IMG/VR virus record: IMGVR_UViG_3300037465_000426 | Coordinates: 1 to 32,513 of that record | Origin: a virus | Taxonomy: Duplodnaviria; Caudoviricetes | Direction: 5' to 3' (one strand) | Length of the DNA stretch: 32,513 nucleotides | Shown here: positions 18,410-27,731 of the stretch, piece after piece | How the letters are laid out: the number at the start of each line of letters is the position of its first letter | How positions within the stretch are numbered: position 1 is the first letter of the stretch | Made by a program: the position numbers and the translations under genes | Notes under the pieces: generated by a model | Database searches by the model: none | Told to the model about the DNA's origin: nothing | What the model saw: the letters and a program-made list of their open reading frames with translations, nothing else

Positions 18410-19423
18410 ATGAAGACAAAAAAAATTGATCGTGAATTTTTGCTCTCCGACAGTTCTGTGAATGTATATGGATTCAGGTTGCTCACAAAGGGGTACCAGG
18501 TGGATGAATTTAAAAAAAATCCAATCGGATACCTGATGCATGACCGGAAAGGCGGCGTGATTGTGAAGTGGGACGATGTGCGCATTGACGGCGATTTTGT
18601 TTATGGAAAGCCGGTGATCAATATGAGTCATCCCTTGGCTGAGCGTGTTGTAAGCGAGATCGAAAACGGATTTCTTAACGGCGCCAGCGTTGGCCACATT
18701 GTGGTGCTTACCTTGAGCGATGATCCGAAAGACATGATGCCCGGGCAAACCGGACCAACGATTACCAGGTGGTATAACCGGGAAATCAGCCTGGTTGATG
18801 TGCCGGGCAATATGAACGCCCTTGCACTGTATGATAAGGAAGGCAATGAAATTAAACTTGCAGATTTCAAAATTCAAAATAACAATATGAAACAAATCAT
18901 TCTTTCCCCTGAACAAATGCAAAAGCTGAACCTGAAAGCAGACAGCGACGCTGCCGCAATAGATACTGCTATCAACGACCTGGCGGCAAAAGCAGCCAGA
19001 GCGGATGACCTGGTGGCGCAGCTGAATACTGCGAACACAGAAAAACAGGCAGCGGAAAATAAGTACCAGGAACTGGCGGCTGCAACAAAAAATGATAAAG
19101 TGACCACAATACTTGACCAGGGATTGAAGGATAAGAAGTTTACAGCGGAAATGAAAGGCGTTTTGGAAAAACAATATGCCGGCAAGCCCGACGAGCTGAA
19201 GCAGCTGGTAGATGCCATGAAGCCGTATGAGAGCGTGGTTGAAAAACTGAACGGCGGCGAAACAACTTCTGACGATCCGCAAGTGAAAGGGCTGCTCGCA
19301 AAAGACGGGAAAGAACTGTGGCGTAGCGGGGAACTTGATAAGCTGAAAAGGCTGAACCTGTCGGGCTATAAAGTGAAATACAAAGAAGCGTTTGGTGAAG
19401 ATTACGTGGAAGAAACTAATTGA
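18410..19423 (+). CDS. Prohead protease with C-terminal scaffold (Mu I/Z-like)
   Basis: NPIGYLMH, GFLNGASVG, EISLVDVPGNMNAL protease motifs; coiled-coil C-terminal half. Confidence 0.9.
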   Translation: MKTKKIDREFLLSDSSVNVYGFRLLTKGYQVDEFKKNPIGYLMHDRKGGVIVKWDDVRIDGDFVYGKPVINMSHPLAERVVSEIENGFLNGASVGHIVVLTLSDDPKDMMPGQTGPTITRWYNREISLVDVPGNMNALALYDKEGNEIKLADFKIQNNNMKQIILSPEQMQKLNLKADSDAAAIDTAINDLAAKAARADDLVAQLNTANTEKQAAENKYQELAAATKNDKVTTILDQGLKDKKFTAEMKGVLEKQYAGKPDELKQLVDAMKPYESVVEKLNGGETTSDDPQVKGLLAKDGKELWRSGELDKLKRLNLSGYKVKYKEAFGEDYVEETN

Positions 19424-19489
19424 TAGCAGTAATTGAGACGTGATCACGACCCTTTGAAAACTAAATAACCTTACATAACAATCTTTAAT

Positions 19490-20560
19490 ATGAAATCTAT
19501 TCTGAAAATTCTGTTTGCCCTGGCATTGGCGGTAACCACATTGAATTATATAAAGGTAGCGCCTGATGCATTAACCGCCACAATCACCGCAACGATTGGA
19601 GTCGTTTTGATGGCGATGATATTGCCGGTAAAGCACCTGCATGTAAATGAGCTGTATGCTGTGACGCCGGTTAAAGTGTGGCAGGCATATATAATTGAGA
19701 AGTTGCGCAGGATGAATGACTGGCTGATGCGAAGCAGCGATGCGACAGCCAAGGTGCTGGCAGGCTCTACCGTGTATATACCGCAGGCCGGCAACGATCC
19801 TGTGGTGGAAGTGAATGCAACTACCTACCCGGGCACGGCCGTGAACCGCGAAGACAGCGATGTGAATTATGCGCTTGATATTTTCCGCACCGTACCTCAT
19901 CGTGTGCCCTGGGCAGAGCTGCAGGACATTTCGTATGATAAGCTCGACAGTGTGCTTGCCGCGCATACCAATACGCTGATAGAAGCCATTGGCGACAGCA
20001 TGCTGATACGCTGGGCTGCTATAGTGGCCGCGCAGCAAATAACCACCACCGGCGCCGATGTGTCAGGGGTTGGTAACCAGACAGGAACAAGGAAGGGATT
20101 CTCACACAAGGATTTGATGAAGGCGATGATAAAATTCAATACTCAGAATGTGCCCAAGCAAGGCCGTGTATGTGTGATTGACGATAATATGTATGAGTAC
20201 TTCTATGATGAGATGACGGATAAGCAATTTAATGCGTTTAACCAGTTTGCCAACAACCAGACCGGCCAGCTTGGAAGGCTGCATAGCTTCGACATCTACA
20301 GCCGCAGCGCCGTGCTGAATTATGGAGCGGCATCGCTTACTCCCAATGCTTATGCTGCCGCTCAGCTTGCAACAGATAATCTTGCTTCTCTTTGCTGGCA
20401 CAGTGATTTTGTTGAGCGGGCACAGGGCGAAATAAAGCGATTTTATAATAAAGACCTGGCCATTGAATACGGCGACCTGACCAGCGCCATCGTAAAATTC
20501 GGCGGACGCAAAAAGCGGAGTGATAATGTGGGTGTGATCAGCATTATACAAGGGGCGTGA
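19490..20560 (+). CDS. Major capsid protein with a hydrophobic N-terminal extension
   Basis: Follows protease/scaffold; TVYIPQAG..P, ISYDKLDSV, VPKQGR, GQLGRLHSFDIYSRS patterns typical of HK97-fold capsids. Confidence 0.85.
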   Translation: MKSILKILFALALAVTTLNYIKVAPDALTATITATIGVVLMAMILPVKHLHVNELYAVTPVKVWQAYIIEKLRRMNDWLMRSSDATAKVLAGSTVYIPQAGNDPVVEVNATTYPGTAVNREDSDVNYALDIFRTVPHRVPWAELQDISYDKLDSVLAAHTNTLIEAIGDSMLIRWAAIVAAQQITTTGADVSGVGNQTGTRKGFSHKDLMKAMIKFNTQNVPKQGRVCVIDDNMYEYFYDEMTDKQFNAFNQFANNQTGQLGRLHSFDIYSRSAVLNYGAASLTPNAYAAAQLATDNLASLCWHSDFVERAQGEIKRFYNKDLAIEYGDLTSAIVKFGGRKKRSDNVGVISIIQGA

Positions 20561-20624
20561 TGGTTTGTGGTTTATAGTTCGTAGTTGATAATTATAAAAT
20601 CATTCATTTTTTTAAAAAAAAGCA

Positions 20625-20909
20625 ATGAACAAGGAAAGAAATATTGAAGCCGCCAAAGCGGTGTTCGAAAAAGATAGTTTGGTGAAGGAACTGTACTTCA
20701 CCAGTGACGGTCAGGCGTTCTATCATTCGGGGCCTGCTGGTGTGCACCAAAAAGAGCTGACCGGAAAATCTGACGGCATACACAGAGTGAAAAATGCCAT
20801 GCATGCCGGCGCCGAAGAGAGCCTTGTTGAAGATATAGCGGCAGCGGATACTAAAGAGGCGCCCACCAATGGCGTTGCGAAGAAAAAAGGAAAATCGGTT
20901 GAACAATAA
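20625..20909 (+). CDS. Phage hypothetical protein (YFTSDGQAF motif)
   Basis: 94 aa directly after the capsid gene. Confidence 0.7.
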   Translation: MNKERNIEAAKAVFEKDSLVKELYFTSDGQAFYHSGPAGVHQKELTGKSDGIHRVKNAMHAGAEESLVEDIAAADTKEAPTNGVAKKKGKSVEQ

Positions 20910-20932
20910 CATTCTTAGAAAAAATTAACGAT

Positions 20933-21325
20933 ATGAAAAAAATATTCTTTGCTCTTGGATTCCTGTTCCTGGTTGCTTGTTATGCACAGGCCCAGGCACC
21001 GTTTACACACACGATGAAGAATGCAAGCATCAGCGCTGCCGACACAATTACCAGCGGCATAGTGGAAGATGGCGTGGTGCAGTTTGAATACAATTATACC
21101 GAGACAAGCGGAACAACCGCCGGAAAAATATACCTGGAAGGAAAGTTTCTCGGCTCCTGGGTGAAGCTGGACAGCTTATCATTATCCGATGTAACAACGA
21201 TACAGACGCTGAGAACTATTGTCACACAGACGAGTTATAAGTATTACCGATTTGTAAACACCAATACGTCAAACGCAACGGGCACGGTGCTGGCCGGCTA
21301 CCTGCGAAGGCCGAACGGGAGATGA
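20933..21325 (+). CDS. Signal-peptide-bearing beta-rich protein in the structural operon
   Basis: MKKIFFALGFLFLVACYAQA-Q signal peptide with A-x-A; DTI and DSL sequons. Confidence 0.75.
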   Translation: MKKIFFALGFLFLVACYAQAQAPFTHTMKNASISAADTITSGIVEDGVVQFEYNYTETSGTTAGKIYLEGKFLGSWVKLDSLSLSDVTTIQTLRTIVTQTSYKYYRFVNTNTSNATGTVLAGYLRRPNGR

Positions 21326-21347
21326 TTTAAAAATGTAAAAAGATAGT

Positions 21348-21578
21348 ATGCAAATAACTGAAAAAACAACTGCTGAAGACATCCAGAAATTTATGAGGAG
21401 GCACGGGCTTGGTGAGTGTTATGAGGCTGCCGGTTTTCTTTTTCGGGTAAAAGTTCACGCCGAGGCGTATAATAAGCAGAAGAACGATGATGGATTAAAA
21501 ATACATGTGAAGGGAGAAGAAGAAAGCAAAGACCGATGGCAAAAAGGAAAAACAGAATTAAGTAACATAAAAGAGTGA
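21348..21578 (+). CDS. Phage hypothetical protein
   Basis: 76-aa ORF with an A-rich leader. Confidence 0.6.
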   Translation: MQITEKTTAEDIQKFMRRHGLGECYEAAGFLFRVKVHAEAYNKQKNDDGLKIHVKGEEESKDRWQKGKTELSNIKE

Positions 21579-21611
21579 TGAGCCTGCTTCGCTCAGCTCG
21601 CAAGTAATACT

Positions 21612-22064
21612 ATGAGTGTAGTCATAACTCCGATAAAAGGCAGAACATATAAGTTTAAAGTAAGCCCCGACAGCTGGACCACAACTTATATCCTTGTGTG
21701 CCTGATAACCCAAAGCATGAGCGCCAGCCGCAGCGTGACCAAGCAGGATACCCAATGTGGTGTCGTAAGCGGACGCGGCAGTATTGACCGCACGTATGAA
21801 CTTCAATTTCTGTGCAACACGACACCTGATGCACCCAGCGGCACACCGCTTACGGGTGAGGTAAGTTATAAGCTCTGGCTTACATGGTTTGAAGGCGAGC
21901 AGGCGCTTAAATTTAAGCTGCAGGACCCTGACGGAAGCGGAACCAACCTGCACCAGGAAGGCAACATCTACATAGATGAAGTGCGGCATGAAGCGGCCGT
22001 GGATGGCAACCTGCTGGTGACAACTACCGTGAGTGTAGATGGGGTGCTGGATATAGCTCCATAA
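21612..22064 (+). CDS. Tail tube (major tail) protein
   Basis: 150 aa, beta-rich (LVCLITQSMSAS..KQDTQCG), upstream of the chaperone pair and tape measure. Confidence 0.75.
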   Translation: MSVVITPIKGRTYKFKVSPDSWTTTYILVCLITQSMSASRSVTKQDTQCGVVSGRGSIDRTYELQFLCNTTPDAPSGTPLTGEVSYKLWLTWFEGEQALKFKLQDPDGSGTNLHQEGNIYIDEVRHEAAVDGNLLVTTTVSVDGVLDIAP

Positions 22065-22102
22065 AACTCCTGAAGCGGAATTGATTCGCTTCGCTCGAAA
22101 AT

Positions 22103-22543
22103 ATGAGTACAACCAAACACGCAACTGTTGAACTACTGGACAACGGGCAATTCATAATTACAAGACCGGGTGAGCAAAAAATAAAAGGCCGCTTTACTAT
22201 GGCAGCCTTTGACCGTTTTTGCACGCTGAAAGAGATTAAGAGTTTTATTGACCTGCTGAAAAGAATCACGGTTGGCATGAGCATTGGAGACTATGCCGAC
22301 CTGATGCTGATGGCTTTCCAGGACTATTATCGTACGGCGCCGGAGCAATGCCCGGTAAATAAACAGGAAGTGCTGGATATGATTGATGAGTTGGGTGGGC
22401 TGGGTAATGAGTTCTTTAAAATAATCTTTCATGCAATTGGCCGTGTGTCTGGCGGCGGCGATATAAAATTATCTGAAGCAAAAAAAAAGGCCTCACCCGC
22501 GGACTCTATAATGAAGGAGAAGGGAATGAGGAAAAAATCATAA
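22103..22543 (+). CDS. Tail assembly chaperone (G-like)
   Basis: Between tail tube and tape measure; slippery A-runs near its 3' end. Confidence 0.75.
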   Translation: MSTTKHATVELLDNGQFIITRPGEQKIKGRFTMAAFDRFCTLKEIKSFIDLLKRITVGMSIGDYADLMLMAFQDYYRTAPEQCPVNKQEVLDMIDELGGLGNEFFKIIFHAIGRVSGGGDIKLSEAKKKASPADSIMKEKGMRKKS

Positions 22544-22896
22544 GCCGAAGCGAATTTATAAGAATGGCTTATGCCAGCGGAATGAAGTACGATGAGTTCT
22601 GGAATGCAACGCTGCCGGAAGCATTGGCAAGCGTAGATGGATACCTGAAGCGGCAGGAAGATTATTTACGAGGAATACGAAGGCTCTGCTGGTTTGTGGT
22701 GATGCCGTGGATTGATAAGAATGAACGGGGAAGCGAATATGAAATATTTCCAATTAATGGCGATCCCACCGAAGATGAAATAAAAGAGATGCGTGAAAAG
22801 GCGAATGATGCGCTGATAAAAAAGCTAAAGCAAGACAGGGACAGGATAATGGAAGAAGAAAGAAGGGCCGCGGAATACATGGATGAGAAATTATGA
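22477..22896 (+). CDS. Tail assembly chaperone T part (GT fusion via -1 frameshift; ATG at 22564)
   Basis: The -1 frame is open from 22477; GMKYDEFWNATLPE motif typical of T segments. Confidence 0.7.
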   Translation, partial: SKKKGLTRGLYNEGEGNEEKIISRSEFIRMAYASGMKYDEFWNATLPEALASVDGYLKRQEDYLRGIRRLCWFVVMPWIDKNERGSEYEIFPINGDPTEDEIKEMREKANDALIKKLKQDRDRIMEEERRAAEYMDEKL

Positions 22897-22913
22897 TTTA
22901 TGAATGAAGAATT

Positions 22914-24800
22914 ATGCCGGATGAAAGCATACGCATACCGATTGAGATTGTAGATGGTAAGGCGATAAGCTCGCTGAAAAATCTGGAAAAAACTGCTACG
23001 GCTACGGCTGGCAGCGTGCAGCGTATTACCACGCCAACCAACCAGGCAATGTTTGCATTAACAAATTTTGGCCGCATGGCTCAGGACCTTCCTTACGGTT
23101 TGATTGGCGTTGCCAATAATATTACACCACTGATTGAATCGTTAGCGGCGTTAAGTAAACAGGCAATGGCTACTGGTGTAAGTATGGGTAAGCAATTACT
23201 TTCCTCATTAGTAGGAGGCGGAGGTTTAATCTTGGGTTTTTCCCTTCTTACAAGCGCCATGCAGTTTGCCACGCTGGGTTTATCGGCATTTACACGAGGC
23301 GGCTTTGGTGCAAAAAAAGCTACGGCAGAAATGAAAGATGAAGTTTTTCAATTCGCAAAAGTGCTTGACGATGTGGCGCGGCAGCTTTCGAAAGATGCGG
23401 CAAGAGTAAATGAACTGTTTGCTGCACTCAACAGTGGCAAGGTGAATTTTAATGAAAGAAAGGCTGCATTAAAGGAATTGAAAAATATTAATAAGGATTA
23501 CTTCGGCAGCTTAAAAGATGAGGATGGCGTGATAAAAGGATTGCAAGCGGCTTATGATGGTTACTTACAACGTATTGTACAAATTGGAAAGGCAAAGGCA
23601 ATACAGACACAGCTTACAAAATTGTTTGATAAAAAACTGGAGCTGCAACTTTCTGTTGACACCGGATTTATAAGCGCAATAGACCCAAACGTTGCCGCCG
23701 AAGCAGGCAGATTAAGAAAAGAATTAGAGGCATTAGGTGGTCCTGTTGACCGGGCTACAGAAAAATTTGATGCGTTTAATAAGACACAAGCTGAACGTTT
23801 GCGATTACAGCAGAGGATACATCAACTCGAAAGCGGAGGCGCATTGAAGTTTTTACCCGGGGTAGCGCAGGGAGTGCAAAGGCAAATTGATAGAATTGAT
23901 CTGCAGATCAATGCTCTTTCGAAAATGTTCGGAGATATTGGAGAATTTGATATACCAACGCCAGATGACAGCGATGCGGAAAAAGCAATGGATAGGATAA
24001 TTGCCCGTGCACGATTATTTGTAAAAGAGTTTGGTGATGTGTTTATTGTTCCCGACCTGGAAGAAAGTTTCTTTAGGAATAAGGCCGCTGTGTTTGCCGA
24101 TGCACAAAAACTATTGGATGATGTAAGCAAGGGTAATTTGAAAATAAGATTGTTTGTTTTACCTGAAATAGAAGTGCCGGATGTAAAGCTGCCAGAATTT
24201 GACGCAGATGGGAAGATGCGTGAAAGCATACTTGAGGGGATGCGGAAAGAATTTCAGGAATCCTTTGTGCCGGATATATCAATTGATGTAGCTGCTTTCA
24301 ATGAAAATATTAAAACGCAATTTGAAAAGGCGCTTGACCAGGGCAATTTCAAACAGGCACTTGACCTGGTGGATGTGAATACATCGAACCTCATGTTTGA
24401 CGGGCTGGATGAAAGAGTACGGAATTCTGCATTATTGATTAATGATACTCTTACGCCGGCATTTGAAGGTTTGTTTGATGCGATACTGAAAGGAGAAAAC
24501 CCGATAAAAGCCTTTTTCAATTCAATTATTCAAAGCATAAACCAGGTGATAAAAAGATTGATAGCCGCCGCCATACAGGCGGCGATACTATCGGCAATAA
24601 GCGGGGGTACCACAAGTTTTGGCAGTGCATTCAGCAGGTTGTTTGGTATTGGCGGCAGCGCCAACTTCGGCAATCGTGTAGCCTTTGCCGGCGCAGGGGG
24701 CAGCCAGGCGAATATAAACGTGAGAGGCGTTTTGCGGGGGACGGACATTTATTTGAGCGGCATCGCTGGCGGAAGGAGTATTGGAAGAGCGGGGGGGTGA
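22914..24800 (+). CDS. Tail tape measure protein
   Basis: 628 aa, helical, Ala/Gly-rich; QDLPYGLIGVANNITPL motif; hydrophobic segments; follows the chaperones. Confidence 0.85.
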   Translation: MPDESIRIPIEIVDGKAISSLKNLEKTATATAGSVQRITTPTNQAMFALTNFGRMAQDLPYGLIGVANNITPLIESLAALSKQAMATGVSMGKQLLSSLVGGGGLILGFSLLTSAMQFATLGLSAFTRGGFGAKKATAEMKDEVFQFAKVLDDVARQLSKDAARVNELFAALNSGKVNFNERKAALKELKNINKDYFGSLKDEDGVIKGLQAAYDGYLQRIVQIGKAKAIQTQLTKLFDKKLELQLSVDTGFISAIDPNVAAEAGRLRKELEALGGPVDRATEKFDAFNKTQAERLRLQQRIHQLESGGALKFLPGVAQGVQRQIDRIDLQINALSKMFGDIGEFDIPTPDDSDAEKAMDRIIARARLFVKEFGDVFIVPDLEESFFRNKAAVFADAQKLLDDVSKGNLKIRLFVLPEIEVPDVKLPEFDADGKMRESILEGMRKEFQESFVPDISIDVAAFNENIKTQFEKALDQGNFKQALDLVDVNTSNLMFDGLDERVRNSALLINDTLTPAFEGLFDAILKGENPIKAFFNSIIQSINQVIKRLIAAAIQAAILSAISGGTTSFGSAFSRLFGIGGSANFGNRVAFAGAGGSQANINVRGVLRGTDIYLSGIAGGRSIGRAGG

Positions 24801-24875
24801 GCCCCAACCCCCCTAAAGGGGGCTATGCAGAATTTATGAATGAAATGTTTTTTATTAACAATATAAAAATATGGG

Positions 24876-24909
24876 GAGTTTGCTTCGTCGTTGTGCTCCT
24901 CGCAACTGC
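24876..24909. repeat. REP-like remnant GAGTTTGCTTCGTCGTTGTGCTCCTCGCAACTGC
   Basis: TTGC...GCAA hairpin; related to GAGCCTGCTTCGCTCAGCTCGCAAG at 21580-21604. Confidence 0.45.
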
Positions 24910-24910
24910 T

Positions 24911-27007
24911 ATGCCGAATGAGCTGATTAATTACAGAATCAATTTTAAAAACCGGAAAGGAGATAATATCTATATCACTATACAGGATGTAAAGAATTAT
25001 GATGCGGGTGACCCGACAGGCGCAACGGTGACGGAAGTGAGCCTGGTTGGCGGTGCTAACCCGCTGGTGATTGAGACATTTAATGCAAACGGCACGCCAT
25101 ACGGAATATTCGGAAAGCGGGCAGTAATAAGCTTTAAGAGTACTCAGGATTACGGGATGCACACATTCAGCGAGGGTGAAGATGGAAGATTTTACGTTGT
25201 AATAAGTATCAATAGCGGCAACCCGGTCATCTTCCGCGGCTTTGTGGTAATGGATGATAATGAAGAAGAATATGTGCCGCCGGGTACAGATGTTTTCATT
25301 GTTGCCACAGACGGGCTTGGCCTGCTGAGGGGGGTGGAGCTGACAGATTTTGACGGCCTGCGGATTGACCCGGATATACCGCTGACAAGGATTAAGCTGC
25401 TGGCTTATGCACTGTATAAAACGGGGCTCGGAATTGACATAATTGTGCAGGATAATCTATTCAACGGGCTGATGCTTTACCGCAGCACGGGGCCTGATAT
25501 AAAAAACAATCCCTGGGACCAAAGCTGGCTGCTGCCGATAACATTTGAGAAGGAAGTAAATGTGATGGATGATTGTTTTACCGTGATTGAAAAATTGCTT
25601 GGCACCACACTGCGGCTGAGCTACAGCAACGATATGTGGTGGGTGCAGCGGGTAAATGAGATGAAGCTTCCAACGATAAGCTATACGAGATTTAATTCGG
25701 GCGGGGTAGCTGTAAGTGGTGTATTGGATGATACAACACACATCATCGAGGTGGGGCATGCTTCGGTTAAGGATGTGTATTTTATTGCACGGCAAACAAG
25801 GGTGAAGAACCGCAGGCCGTCAAAGAAAGTGCAGGTGGAATATAATTTTGATATTCCTAAAGATATGCCGAGAAATAAAGATTTTATCCGCGGCAACATC
25901 ATTACTCCTTTGCTTGATAATGGAATAGTGGAGTATGCAATTGATGACTGGCGGTATACGGGCTATCCTCTGCGGCCCGATCTGAATACAGCTCCGACCG
26001 GCACCGCAAGAATATGGAGGGTTTTTGAGGATAAGTATGAAAAAGAACGATATGTATTGCTGAGCAACACAACGACTCCGAATTTTTTGATAAGTAAAGA
26101 ATTGCTGGTGACGGTAAATGACAAGTTTTCTTTTTCCGTTGATTGGCGATGGAATTTCAATAAAAGCGGCGGCAGTATTACACACCCGATCTTTCATGTG
26201 GTGCTGCAGGCGACTGACGGGACTAACTGGTTTATGGATAATGACGGCACCTGGTATCAAAGCAATGCCACATGGAGTGTGAATGTAAAAGAGATTGAAG
26301 AGGTGTGGACACTGAACCAGGTGGATGAGCGGGAATGGAGAACGACCAGCGTTGAGAGCAGGCCATTGCCACGAGATGGTAAGCTGATGTTTTGTTTGAA
26401 CAATTCCGGCTACATAGGCGCCGTAACCAGCGATGTGTATGTAATGTTTCAAAATTTATCTTTTACATACATACCGTATGAAAATGGCAGCTATAAAAAA
26501 TATTCAGGAGAAAGAGTAACCAATACACAGAGCGGCAGATACAGTAAGCCGCAGGAGAATCAGCTGTATGTCAGTGCCGCAAGAAAATATTTATACAGAG
26601 GCGTACTTGTAAAGTATAATGCCGGCGTAATCACATTACTTAATGACCGGTGGTTTGACTGGGCGATGTATCATGCGGGATTGACTACTGATCCGCCGCC
26701 ACATGATAAATATCTGAAGTGGCCGGCGCTCGATCATTTTAACCACTACAGAAAAAGCCAGCGTGAATTTGCTTTTTCGCTTCGCGGTCTGATTGCTGAT
26801 ACGGGAAAGCATTGTGATATAATAAACCTTTACAAGATTACGGTGAACAGCAGGCACAACAACAACAAAGCATTTCTACTTGTGAGCATGAAGCAGGACT
26901 GGGAGGAATGCACATGGGATGGCACGATGGTGGAGATAGATGACAGCGGGGACAGGTTTGCAGCGCCAGGAACATTTACAAGCGAACACAAGTATATAGA
27001 AACATAA
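24911..27007 (+). CDS. Tail tip/baseplate hub-type structural protein
   Basis: Follows the tape measure; IFRGFV..., VATDGLGLL motif; ATG at 24911 preferred over GTG 24797 because the upstream part is repeat DNA. Confidence 0.75.
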   Translation: MPNELINYRINFKNRKGDNIYITIQDVKNYDAGDPTGATVTEVSLVGGANPLVIETFNANGTPYGIFGKRAVISFKSTQDYGMHTFSEGEDGRFYVVISINSGNPVIFRGFVVMDDNEEEYVPPGTDVFIVATDGLGLLRGVELTDFDGLRIDPDIPLTRIKLLAYALYKTGLGIDIIVQDNLFNGLMLYRSTGPDIKNNPWDQSWLLPITFEKEVNVMDDCFTVIEKLLGTTLRLSYSNDMWWVQRVNEMKLPTISYTRFNSGGVAVSGVLDDTTHIIEVGHASVKDVYFIARQTRVKNRRPSKKVQVEYNFDIPKDMPRNKDFIRGNIITPLLDNGIVEYAIDDWRYTGYPLRPDLNTAPTGTARIWRVFEDKYEKERYVLLSNTTTPNFLISKELLVTVNDKFSFSVDWRWNFNKSGGSITHPIFHVVLQATDGTNWFMDNDGTWYQSNATWSVNVKEIEEVWTLNQVDEREWRTTSVESRPLPRDGKLMFCLNNSGYIGAVTSDVYVMFQNLSFTYIPYENGSYKKYSGERVTNTQSGRYSKPQENQLYVSAARKYLYRGVLVKYNAGVITLLNDRWFDWAMYHAGLTTDPPPHDKYLKWPALDHFNHYRKSQREFAFSLRGLIADTGKHCDIINLYKITVNSRHNNNKAFLLVSMKQDWEECTWDGTMVEIDDSGDRFAAPGTFTSEHKYIET

Positions 27008-27041
27008 TCTGAGTACGCAGTACTCAGTACTTGGTACTTAG

Positions 27042-27731
27042 ATGGGAAGAGCAATAGTATATGGAAAAAATGTGGTGCTGAAGGTATGGAAGGTGAATGC
27101 CTACTACCCTGTGGCATGTGCTGTGAGTGTGAGGTACTGGCTGACGGAGCAATATGAAGACACCAGTACACCGGATAGCGGCCGGTATGTGACGAGGGCG
27201 CCGGTGAACAAAGCTGAATGGGGGATAGATTTTACCGGCGTAACGGTGCTGAAGGATGATGTGGATACGCTGTGGTTTGGGTGGGAGTTTATGCTGGAAA
27301 TAGTGCGAAGCCAGGGAGTGAATGTGCAGGTAATATTCACCGACAAGAATGGATTTACAAAAAACTTGACCGGGCATGTGTTTTTACCATCGACAAGCAT
27401 CGAAGGAACGGCTGGGGATGTAGCAAAAGACACAATCAGTTTTTTGGGCAATGGTGCGGTAAATTTTGATTCATTAATAACGCCAAATGTACCACCGAGA
27501 ATGAGACTTGAATGGATAGCAAGCGACGGGCAAACGGATTTTCAAAACAATTCGCTGATTGGTAAAACGATTGCGAACATTGAACACGTGAGCCGGGAAG
27601 GAGATGATAAATACCAGCCGGTGACGATAGCGCCAACCGAAAGACAGGTTCAATTGGATGCAGTAAATGGGAAGCTGATTTTCAAAATAGCGGCGGATGC
27701 GGGGGAATACATTTTTGCGCTGGTGAGTTGA
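27042..27731 (+). CDS. Second tail-tube-like protein with an extra C-terminal domain
   Basis: GKNVVLKV..PVACAVSV..EDTSTPDSG..WGIDFTGV..ISFLGNGA resembles TP901-1-type tube proteins; ~80-aa extension. Confidence 0.6.
   Translation: MGRAIVYGKNVVLKVWKVNAYYPVACAVSVRYWLTEQYEDTSTPDSGRYVTRAPVNKAEWGIDFTGVTVLKDDVDTLWFGWEFMLEIVRSQGVNVQVIFTDKNGFTKNLTGHVFLPSTSIEGTAGDVAKDTISFLGNGAVNFDSLITPNVPPRMRLEWIASDGQTDFQNNSLIGKTIANIEHVSREGDDKYQPVTIAPTERQVQLDAVNGKLIFKIAADAGEYIFALVS

Noticed and set aside
18365-19447. 360-aa minus-strand ORF
   Set aside because: Antisense shadow of the protease/scaffold gene with no recognisable motifs
24797-24910. Apparent hydrophobic leader (IWGVCFVVVLLATA) on the tail hub protein
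   Set aside because: The DNA is made of REP-like palindromes, so ATG 24911 is the likelier start; not counted as a signal peptide, though not fully excluded
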